From assembly GCA_039801565.1 (NCBI GenBank), contig JBDRUX010000042.1:1-19851 (forward strand): 19,851 bases of DNA, written 5' to 3'. The notes under the pieces were generated by a model. The model was not told the origin of the DNA, did no database searches, and worked only from the letters and a program-made list of their open reading frames with translations. How positions within the stretch are numbered: the first letter of the stretch is position 1; the number at the start of each line of letters is the position of its first letter. This DNA comes from a candidate division WOR-3 bacterium. Its GTDB lineage: Bacteria; Hydrothermota; Tepidihabitantia; Tepidihabitantales; JAOUPE01. Positions 9,110-16,264 of the stretch are shown here, piece after piece. Made by a program: the position numbers and the translations under genes.

Positions 9110-9745
9110 TTACTCGGAAATGTATTGATTAAATTCGTTAATGGCTTGTGCAGAGAAAGAATGATTGCCTAAAGACATTATTACATCATAAGGCATACTT
9201 AAATGATGGGCACCAGCGATAATACAATCAACCGCTTCTTCTTTCGTTTTGATACTAGCCGCTAAAATTTCCGCTTTACTACCTAATCGGTCAACAATTG
9301 TTCGCATTTTCCTTACTAACTCAATACCGTCGCCTAAAAGTCTTGTCGCCCGGTTGACATAAGGGATTAAATATCTTGCCCCAACCTCACAAGCCAGATA
9401 GGTTTGATAATCACTGAAAATTGCCGTAATAGCACAAGGAATCTCTTTGCCTAATCTTTTGACTAAGGCAATGGATTCAGTTTGGGCCGGAATCTTCAGT
9501 CCAATCTTTTTTGGGGCTAGGGCAAATATTTCTCTGGCTTCTTTTTCCATTTCTTTTAGGCTCGTTTTGGTTAATTGATAAAAGACAAGACCGGGTGAAA
9601 TTTCACACAAATCTTTTATGATTTGTTTAGCTGGCATTTTAATTGGCGCTAAAAGTTTCGGGTTGGTTGTTATGCCAATTATTAATCCTAAATCGGTCAG
9701 TTTCTTAATTTCTTCTTTTTTCGCACTGTCAACAAATATCCCCAT
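9110..9745 (-). CDS. Fructose-6-phosphate aldolase-type member of the transaldolase/FSA family
   Basis: 211 aa. FVDSA, GITTNP, Schiff-base Lys in LKIP, ILAASIK. FSA-type signatures FYQL (Gln) and PYVNR (Tyr). Confidence 0.85.
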   Translation of the reverse strand: MGIFVDSAKKEEIKKLTDLGLIIGITTNPKLLAPIKMPAKQIIKDLCEISPGLVFYQLTKTSLKEMEKEAREIFALAPKKIGLKIPAQTESIALVKRLGKEIPCAITAIFSDYQTYLACEVGARYLIPYVNRATRLLGDGIELVRKMRTIVDRLGSKAEILAASIKTKEEAVDCIIAGAHHLSMPYDVIMSLGNHSFSAQAINEFNQYISE

Positions 9746-9748
9746 AAT

Positions 9749-11590
9749 TTAATCTCTCTTTAGGATAACTTTCTTTTCAGTACAGCCTTTTTCGCTTTCC
9801 AGCCGGATAAGGTAACTACCACTTGGCAGTTGGTTACCAAAGGAGTCGGTACCATCCCAGATAAAGCAGTGATTAGTGACCAGTGACTGATGGTTAGCGG
9901 AAAAAGATTTAACGAGTCTACCCGATGAGTCATAAATCTTAAGTGAGAATTGGCTTTTCTTTGGCAGAGAAAATCGAATCGCAGTTTTTGTTGCAAATGG
10001 ATTCGGCTCAATCTCAAATTGGTCATAATTTTTTGATTTCTTCTTCTCTTTCACTTCAACCCCAGGAAATTGAAAGATATAAATATTCATTTGGTTAGTA
10101 TCCATTGTGACTGAATACCCTCTGGCTCGGAGTTGGTTGTAAGTAGCAACTAAATACTGATGAAAGGCATTGTAAGGAAATCCATAGCAAGGGGTGCTAT
10201 CCGAATAATTGCGTCCGCTGCCAGGATTTTCTGAATTTAAATTATCCGGGTCGTGTCGGCCATAATTAGAAAGCCAAGGATGCCCCTGCCACCAACTGAC
10301 CGGTCTTAAAATCCTACCACCGGCGATATAATCTAAGGCGACTGGGTCTTTACTGGCTAAAATCGTATTGAGCCGAGTGCAAAGGTTATTGGGTGCATTA
10401 GGACCGGTGGTGATTTCGGCACTAACCCAAGTGGCATCAATGATATTTAAATCCGGGAAACGCGCCTTACCCATTTCAATGCCTAATAGCCCATTGTTGA
10501 CAACTCGGTTATGCATCGTGCTATTACCAATTGCGGCATAGGATAAAAATCCAATGTAATGTTTGATTGAACCGGTCACACCCATTAAAGTATGAGATTT
10601 CAAGACCGGGACATTGATAAATTTAAGGTGTTCATTATCATAAGTAGAACCATTCCAAATTCCAAGTCGGGTTGAAATCCTTGTGCCGTAAATCGTTCGA
10701 AATTTTGCATAGGTCATTCCAGTTGAATCTTCTCGGACATAGCCGTGATTGGTATCACCTTGGTCAAATTCTGAAACCCAGCGGTTATTGCTACCATAAC
10801 CAATTGCGGTCCAGTTATAGCCACTCACCCGATAACCTTGATTAGCGAAATAATCCATCACTACCTGCATACTTTGACTTGGGTCTTCAGCATTGTTTTG
10901 AGAATAAGACCAACTGAATCGCCATTGACCATTTTCGACCAAGCAGACTTCACCAACAAAAGTATCCGGATGGGCAACAATTCTGGCAATTAAACCTTTT
11001 AGGATATCGGTATTGGTCATTCCCCGTTCGGGCCATTCGGCATTTACTTTAATTAAGACCACATCATCTTTGGCAATCAAACCTGAAGTGTCACACCAAG
11101 GTAAAGGTTTATTTGACTTATAAAAGTAAAAGTTATGTTGCGCCATTAAAGAGAAAAGCGAATCAAGACCGGTATGATAAATACCCAAAGGGTTGGGAAA
11201 ATCTTTGACAATGAAGATTGACGATGGATTGGAATCGGGTGATATTCTTTCAGTCAAATGAAGCGTGGCAAAGTTAAAATTTATCGCTGGACCCTTTTTT
11301 CTAACCCTTGGGTAATTGATAAAAATAATTAAAAAGATGATAAATAAAGGAATAAGAACATAATGCCATTTTATTTTTAATTGAATTGGCTTTATTCGAC
11401 GGAAAAGATAGGGCAGGGCAACACCGCCAAGAAAGAAGAGACTGTTGCTGGCAGCAACTTTTTGACAAGGGTAAGTGATTCGTGATGGCTTTGTGCCGGT
11501 TCGAATTATAAGCCAAATTAAAGAACCAATCCCGATACTGAATAAGTTTGGTTTAAGGAATTTTATAATGCGCTGTAGGTTTAATCTCAT
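9749..11590 (-). CDS. DUF362 domain protein with N-terminal membrane segments and C-terminal FlgD-Ig/T9SS-type domain
   Basis: N-terminal RTGTKPSRITYPCQ motif; VLIKVN...TNTD; INVPVLKSH...GVTGSIKHYIG; LNIIDA; ILASKDPVALD; CTD PNPF...IYDSSGRLV...WDGTD...LPSGSY. Confidence 0.85.
   Translation of the reverse strand: MRLNLQRIIKFLKPNLFSIGIGSLIWLIIRTGTKPSRITYPCQKVAASNSLFFLGGVALPYLFRRIKPIQLKIKWHYVLIPLFIIFLIIFINYPRVRKKGPAINFNFATLHLTERISPDSNPSSIFIVKDFPNPLGIYHTGLDSLFSLMAQHNFYFYKSNKPLPWCDTSGLIAKDDVVLIKVNAEWPERGMTNTDILKGLIARIVAHPDTFVGEVCLVENGQWRFSWSYSQNNAEDPSQSMQVVMDYFANQGYRVSGYNWTAIGYGSNNRWVSEFDQGDTNHGYVREDSTGMTYAKFRTIYGTRISTRLGIWNGSTYDNEHLKFINVPVLKSHTLMGVTGSIKHYIGFLSYAAIGNSTMHNRVVNNGLLGIEMGKARFPDLNIIDATWVSAEITTGPNAPNNLCTRLNTILASKDPVALDYIAGGRILRPVSWWQGHPWLSNYGRHDPDNLNSENPGSGRNYSDSTPCYGFPYNAFHQYLVATYNQLRARGYSVTMDTNQMNIYIFQFPGVEVKEKKKSKNYDQFEIEPNPFATKTAIRFSLPKKSQFSLKIYDSSGRLVKSFSANHQSLVTNHCFIWDGTDSFGNQLPSGSYLIRLESEKGCTEKKVILKRD
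9869..9896. repeat. Heptamer micro-repeat inside the CTD loop of the DUF362 gene
   Basis: GTGATTA GTGACCA GTGACTG ATGGTTA on the + strand, encoding NHQSLVTNH on the - strand. Confidence 0.6.
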
Positions 11591-12231
11591 TTTGTCGTTT
11601 TATTCTCTTTCGGCACCAATTTTATATCGTCAGCCGAGACCTCGGCGCTTTGCTGTAAACCTCAACAACCTTCGGTATTACTACCATAGGCGTATAAGGA
11701 AATTTTAAGTTTCGCAATTTTCTTAAAATCAATCTTGGGAAAGTGTTTAAGTTCTTCTCGGAGGTTGATAGTATTGGTTTGCCATTTGTTAGGCAAAGCA
11801 GAATAATTATATTCCATTGGAGTATTGGTTAAAACTTTGGTGCTATAGGCAATTCTGATTCGCGCTAATGTTTCATCTTCTTCATCAAGAAAACTAAGAA
11901 TAAAAGCAGCTAAGGCGGAATAGCCATCTCGATTAGAGTTAGCATTAAGCCGAAGACGAACTGACAGGTCTTGGTCTAAATTGGTCAATTGGATAATTTG
12001 AAATAATTCAGCATAACCGCACCAAATTTTTTCCACCTTCGCATAATAGTTATCTTTAACCTTTACTCGCTTTATCTTGCCGGAACCATCATAATCTTTG
12101 GTTGAAATTTGCCAACCGACTTTTAAATCCTGCTCAAAGTTGCCATTGATTAATGAATTGGATGAGCCATTGGCAATTAGCCAGCAAAACGCTAAAAGAA
12201 TCGCTAACCCAATATCTTTGCGGTTTCTCAT
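11587..12231 (-). CDS. Putative exported selenoprotein (214 aa, Sec190 in a GCUG motif), galactose-binding-like/CBM jelly-roll fold
   Basis: Signal peptide MRNRKDIGLAILLAFCWLIANG and CBM-like start LINGNFE...GW. The in-frame TGA at 11664-11662 in EGC-U-G is followed by 24 more codons (GLQQSAEVSADDIKLVPKENKTTK) to a TGA at 11589-11587 that overlaps the next ATG. A SECIS-like hairpin lies 3' of the UGA. Confidence 0.75.
11631..11661 (-). promoter_or_regulatory. Bacterial SECIS-like element
   Basis: mRNA reads UGA GGUUUACAGCAAAGC GCCG-AGGUCU-CGGC UG. GC-rich stem with loop AGGUCU starting 19 nt after the UGA. The E. coli fdhF SECIS has the same AGGUCU apex. Confidence 0.72.
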
Positions 12232-12236
12232 AGCCA

Positions 12237-12265
12237 ATTATAACACAATTCTTTTTTCTGGTCAA
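12237..12265 (-). promoter_or_regulatory. Sigma70 promoter of the selenoprotein-DUF362-FSA operon (leaderless)
   Basis: TTGACC-N17-TATAAT with extended -10 TG. ATG 12231 lies 5 nt after the -10 box. No Shine-Dalgarno. Confidence 0.75.
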
Positions 12266-12286
12266 TGTTTACTTGAGAAATTATGA

Positions 12287-12314
12287 TTGACATTGACATT
12301 GGATAAGGTATATT
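12287..12314 (+). promoter_or_regulatory. Sigma70-type promoter for the ECF sigma gene
   Basis: TTGACA (12287-92, tandemly duplicated at 12293-98)-N16-TATATT (12309-14). Confidence 0.55.
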
Positions 12315-12316
12315 GG

Positions 12317-12347
12317 CGTAACTTTTATGAAAGCCAATTCGTCTATA
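12317..12347 (+). promoter_or_regulatory. ECF-type promoter motif, copy 1
   Basis: CGTAACTT...CGTCTATA, AAC-N17-CGT spacing, identical to the copy at 13793-13823. Confidence 0.65.
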
Positions 12348-12902
12348 TTTAATAATGACACTAGTCCTGATGAATTGGCAAAACTCATTAAGGATGCAAA
12401 AAGATACCGCGGCGAGGCGCTTAACCGACTTTGTAAATTTGTTTATAATAAGATATTTGGCTATACTTATTATCGAGTACAACAACGGGAAGATGCTGAG
12501 GATTTAACCAGCGAGGTGTTATTGAAAATGGTCAGGTCATTAAAAACCCAGCACGGTAATTTCTTAGCTTGGATTTATCGCATTGCCAATAATACGATAA
12601 TTGATTTTTATCGGCGCAGAGCAAAACGTTCCGAAATTAGTATCGAGTCCTTAAAACAAGATATACCAAGTGCTGAGGTATCAAGAGATATTCTTACCGA
12701 AAATAAGATGCGAAAAGCTTTAGCTCATCTTACACCCGACCAAGCCCAAGTAATTACCCTGCGTTTCCTACAAGACTATACCAACCAAGAAGTCGCTCAG
12801 ATTATGGGGAAGACAGTCGGTGCAGTAAAAGTGATACAGTATCGGGCACTTAAAGCACTGAAAGAATATTTAGCAAAGGAAGACTATGCCACAAAAAATT
12901 GA
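12327..12902 (+). CDS. ECF (sigma-70 group 4) RNA polymerase sigma factor
   Basis: Region 2: DAEDLTSEVLLKM...FLAWIYRIANNTIIDFYRR. Region 4: LTPDQAQVITLRFLQDYTNQEVAQIMGKTVGAVKVIQYRALKAL. Confidence 0.96.
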   Translation: MKANSSIFNNDTSPDELAKLIKDAKRYRGEALNRLCKFVYNKIFGYTYYRVQQREDAEDLTSEVLLKMVRSLKTQHGNFLAWIYRIANNTIIDFYRRRAKRSEISIESLKQDIPSAEVSRDILTENKMRKALAHLTPDQAQVITLRFLQDYTNQEVAQIMGKTVGAVKVIQYRALKALKEYLAKEDYATKN

Positions 12903-13650
12903 TGAGATATTAGATTTAGTCTTACAGGAAATCGAAAAAGGCAAAAGCATCGAAGACTGCTTAAAGGATTACCCACAATTTGTTACCGAACTTGAACCAC
13001 TTTTACATTTGGCGTTAGCAATCCGAGAATTACCCAAACCCCAGCCCAGCTCAGAGGCTATAAGTCGGTCACTGGTAAAGATAAGTGAGACAAAGGAACG
13101 AACTACTCAACTCGTCCCATTCCAGCCGGCTTGGGTTCGAATCGCAGCAGTTATCTTATTGGTAGTTTTGATTGGTTGGTCAACTTTAGCCTTGAGCAAA
13201 AGTAGTGTGCCGGGCGATGTCCTTTACCCAATAAAAATTATGAGCGAAAAAACCCAATATGCTCTCACACTTAATCCCAAAAGGAAGGCATTGTTTCATT
13301 TGCGTTTCGCGGATAAAAGAACCGAGGAATTAGCCTTGTGCTTAAAGCGAAAAAATCGGATTGATAAAAATTTGTTGAATACGATGTTGAATGAAGCCCG
13401 AACCGCACTAAAATTTGCCGAGCCAATTGATAGGGAGAGTGATTTCCTTAAAGCGGTGCAAGGAGTCAATCAAAAGCAATTAGCCGTCTTATGCGAAATT
13501 ATGAAGTGTGGTTGCTGCCGAGAAGATGTTTTAGCAGCGTTAAAATTGTGTTACGAAAGAGAATATTGCATTCAATACCGCGCCAATCCGAAACTGAAGG
13601 AAGAGTATAACCCTTATTATGAAGCTTGGAATAGGTCTTGCAATTGGTAA
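12886..13650 (+). CDS. Putative membrane-anchored anti-sigma factor (DUF5667-like)
   Basis: Overlaps the sigma gene. Cytoplasmic N-domain (IEDCLKDYPQFVTELEPLL), a single TM helix, then the SVPGDVLYPIK...E...FADKRTEE motif typical of DUF5667, and a Cys-rich C-terminus. Confidence 0.82.
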   Translation: MPQKIDEILDLVLQEIEKGKSIEDCLKDYPQFVTELEPLLHLALAIRELPKPQPSSEAISRSLVKISETKERTTQLVPFQPAWVRIAAVILLVVLIGWSTLALSKSSVPGDVLYPIKIMSEKTQYALTLNPKRKALFHLRFADKRTEELALCLKRKNRIDKNLLNTMLNEARTALKFAEPIDRESDFLKAVQGVNQKQLAVLCEIMKCGCCREDVLAALKLCYEREYCIQYRANPKLKEEYNPYYEAWNRSCNW

Positions 13651-13780
13651 AAAAAATGTTATAATACAAAGGGAGATGGACTGGCTAATAGTTTAATTTG
13701 CCGGGGGCGGCGGTCCTTTCTTAACCTAACCGGCGAGTTCATCATAAAAAGACCCACCTTAAAAAACCCGCCGCCCCCAA
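13638..13780 (+). other. Sigma70-like promoter followed by a structured GC-rich intergenic element
   Basis: TTGCAA (13638-43)-N16-TATAAT (13660-65) with TG. An 11-bp inverted repeat GGGGGCGGCGG (13703-13) / CCGCCGCCCCC (13768-78) encloses 54 nt. Confidence 0.5.
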
Positions 13781-13792
13781 TCTTAAAAACGC

Positions 13793-13823
13793 CGTAACTT
13801 CGTGATTAGTCTAAGCGTCATAT
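13793..13823 (+). promoter_or_regulatory. ECF-type promoter motif, copy 2, upstream of the efflux operon
   Basis: CGTAACTT...CGTCATAT (AAC-N17-CGT). ATG 13830 lies 10 nt after CGTC with no Shine-Dalgarno. Confidence 0.7.
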
Positions 13824-13829
13824 GTAACA

Positions 13830-15026
13830 ATGAATAAATTTAAAATTGGCTGTTTTTTTATTCTTTTCGGTTGGGCGAATTCGGCTTATATTGTAAATTT
13901 AGACGAGGTAATTCAGACCGTAAGTGCAAGCAATCCTTCGGTTCAAGCCGCTAAAGCAAAATATGAGGCGACGCAGAAGAAAATTGCTTGGTTAAGCCAG
14001 GTCAGTGATCCCTGGTTCGGTCTCGAATTGGAAAATAAAGGGCAGATGTATTCCTTGACCCAAGAATTTCCTTTACCCACAAAGATAATTTCGAACTTAA
14101 AACTCGCAAAATTAGAAGCCAACCAAGCTTTTCAACGCTATAAAAGAAAAGAACAAGAAATCATTGCTCAGGCAAAACGATTATATGCCCAAATCCTTTT
14201 TGACCAGCGAAAAATCGAGGCGATGAAAAAGACACGAGAGCGATTAGACCAAATTCTTAAAAACACTGTTAAAAATTACACATTAGGAAAAAGCCAACAA
14301 TCCGATGTCTTAAGCACCAAGATTGAGATTGAGCAAATAAACAACGAATTGTTGGCAATTGAAGATGAGAAGAACTCACTTTTGAGCGAACTGAGCGCAC
14401 TTTTAAATCTCCCGGATTCCTTAATTACCGGTGTTGAGGTAATAGCAATAAGAGATACGACTTTTGAATTAAAAGAACTTTATCAAATCGCGCAAACGCA
14501 GAATTTCGAATTAAAATCATTACAGACCGAAATCAAAAAGACCAAAAGTTTGTTATCATTAGCCGAACAGGACTATCTGCCGGATTTAATGATTAAGTTC
14601 GAACAGGAAACGATGGATAATAAACTAAAAGACCGTAAGTTTATGGTCGGTTTGACACTACCGATCTGGTTTTGGGGCAAACAAAATCGGCTGCGCTCGG
14701 CAATGGCCACGGAAGTGAAGATGGTATCTGCCGAGTATCAGGCAATGGAAAATATGACCAAAACAATGCTAAAACAGACGAAAATCAATCTGGATAAATA
14801 TCAGAGGGAGATTGCGCTATATCAGAAAACAATCTTACCTTTAGCCGAAGCGAACTTTAAATCGTCATTAAAAGCCTATGAGGCTGGGCAAGAGGATTTG
14901 GTTAGGGTTTTAATAAACGAGAGAATGCTTTTAGAAAGTGAGATAGCTCTCTATAAAGCCCAAGCCGATTATCTTCTTGCCTTAGCCGAATTGGAATTAG
15001 CAGCAGGTTTAGAGTTATTGAATTGA
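13830..15026 (+). CDS. TolC/CusC-family outer membrane efflux protein
   Basis: Signal peptide and OEP-type repeats (NPSVQAA...SLTQEFP; YLPDL...VGLTLPIW...YEAG). First gene of the RND operon. Confidence 0.92.
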   Translation: MNKFKIGCFFILFGWANSAYIVNLDEVIQTVSASNPSVQAAKAKYEATQKKIAWLSQVSDPWFGLELENKGQMYSLTQEFPLPTKIISNLKLAKLEANQAFQRYKRKEQEIIAQAKRLYAQILFDQRKIEAMKKTRERLDQILKNTVKNYTLGKSQQSDVLSTKIEIEQINNELLAIEDEKNSLLSELSALLNLPDSLITGVEVIAIRDTTFELKELYQIAQTQNFELKSLQTEIKKTKSLLSLAEQDYLPDLMIKFEQETMDNKLKDRKFMVGLTLPIWFWGKQNRLRSAMATEVKMVSAEYQAMENMTKTMLKQTKINLDKYQREIALYQKTILPLAEANFKSSLKAYEAGQEDLVRVLINERMLLESEIALYKAQADYLLALAELELAAGLELLN

Positions 15027-15037
15027 AAGGAGTAAAG

Positions 15038-16249
15038 ATGAAAAGAATGATCGATATTGCTTTCTTGCTCATTTTTCTAACCGAATTCGTGACTTTCGGC
15101 ATAACCTGTGGCAAGAAAGTTAAAATTAACCCCGATATTGGTAAAGAGACAATCTGTCCAGTACGCAAGAAGAAGTTTACGATAACCGCGACATCCCCAA
15201 AGGTTGAATATCAAGGCAAACGGTATTACTTTTGCTGCCCGGGCTGTGACCGAGAATTTATGAAAGACCCGGAAAAATATCTGAAAACGATGCCGAGTGA
15301 TTCAGAATCCAGTTCGCCAAAATCCAAAAAAGAAATTCTTTATTGGACCTGTTCAATGCACCCAACGGTTAAGTCAGATAAACCGGGGGATTGTCCAATC
15401 TGTGGGATGGATTTGATTCCAATTTATCGGGGCGCAGCGGGTCAAATTCGGATTGAAGAGTCGGTAAAAACTGCCCTGAAAATAAAAAGTGCACCAGTAA
15501 TAAGAAGAGAACTGGTGAAAAGGATTCAAATTCCTGGCCGAGTGGCAAAGGATGACGAATTGTATCTTGCCGAGCAGGAATACCTTTCAGTTTATTCAAT
15601 GGGCGGTGAATTAGCGAAGTCGGCTAAATTGCGACTAAAACTACTTGGTCTTTCCGACTCAGCGCTTAATCCAATAATCAAAAGCGGTGAACCTGACCAA
15701 AGTTTAATCTTTCCCTCTTCTAAGCGCGCTTGGGTCTTAGCCGAAGTTTATGAACCGGATATCGGCTTGATTAAGACGGGTCAGAAGGTATCGGTCAAAC
15801 TCGTCAGTTACCCGGAAAAGATATTTTCTGGCAAAATTCAAGCGATTGAACCGATGCTTAATCCGCAAACCCGTTCAGTTAAGACACGAATTTTGATTGA
15901 AAAGCCAGGTCAAGAATTGACCTTTGATACTTATGCTGAAGTTGAAATTCAAATACCGTTAGGAGAAATGCTGGTAATCCCGAATTCTGCTATTATTGAT
16001 ACTGGTAAGCGTAAAATTGTTTATCTTGAAACCGAGCCGAACCAATATGAAGCCAGAACGATTAAAACCGGCATCGAGACTGATGAATATGTAGCGGTGC
16101 TCGAAGGTCTGCAGGAAGGCGAGCGAGTTGTAGTGGCGGGCAATTTCTTGTTAGATTCTCAAACAACCCTTGCCGGCGGGCAATCGTTACTCTATGGCGC
16201 TGCTAAAGTGATTAAAGCCGAACCGAAGCCACCACAACACCAACATTAA
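15038..16249 (+). CDS. cusB: CusB-like RND periplasmic adaptor with N-terminal YHS domain and heavy-metal-binding domain
   Basis: ATG 15038 follows SD AAAGGAG. YHS domain (CPV...YQGKRYYFCCPGC...F..DPEKY); HMBD (YWTCSMHP...PGDCPICGMDL); membrane-fusion core (AEVYE...GKIQAIEP.LNPQTR...GLQEGERVVVAGNFLLDS). Confidence 0.9.
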   Translation: MKRMIDIAFLLIFLTEFVTFGITCGKKVKINPDIGKETICPVRKKKFTITATSPKVEYQGKRYYFCCPGCDREFMKDPEKYLKTMPSDSESSSPKSKKEILYWTCSMHPTVKSDKPGDCPICGMDLIPIYRGAAGQIRIEESVKTALKIKSAPVIRRELVKRIQIPGRVAKDDELYLAEQEYLSVYSMGGELAKSAKLRLKLLGLSDSALNPIIKSGEPDQSLIFPSSKRAWVLAEVYEPDIGLIKTGQKVSVKLVSYPEKIFSGKIQAIEPMLNPQTRSVKTRILIEKPGQELTFDTYAEVEIQIPLGEMLVIPNSAIIDTGKRKIVYLETEPNQYEARTIKTGIETDEYVAVLEGLQEGERVVVAGNFLLDSQTTLAGGQSLLYGAAKVIKAEPKPPQHQH

Positions 16250-16264
16250 AGATAAGGCAATTTA

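Noticed and set aside
11662..11664. Genome-wide UGA reassignment (code 4/25) as the reason for readthrough
   Set aside because: TGA ends the sigma gene (12902) and the TolC gene (15026) at sensible positions, and the long conserved genes have no internal TGA.
12098..12485. ORFs 12098..12286(+) and 12228..12485(-)
   Set aside because: They overlap real genes and the divergent promoter region, and have no recognisable features.
13668..13790. Fluoride/NiCo riboswitch, tRNA-Sec or 6S RNA
   Set aside because: GGAGATGG resembles the fluoride riboswitch start but the paired and 3' motifs are missing. No cloverleaf or UCA anticodon arm. Too short for 6S, with no clear match.
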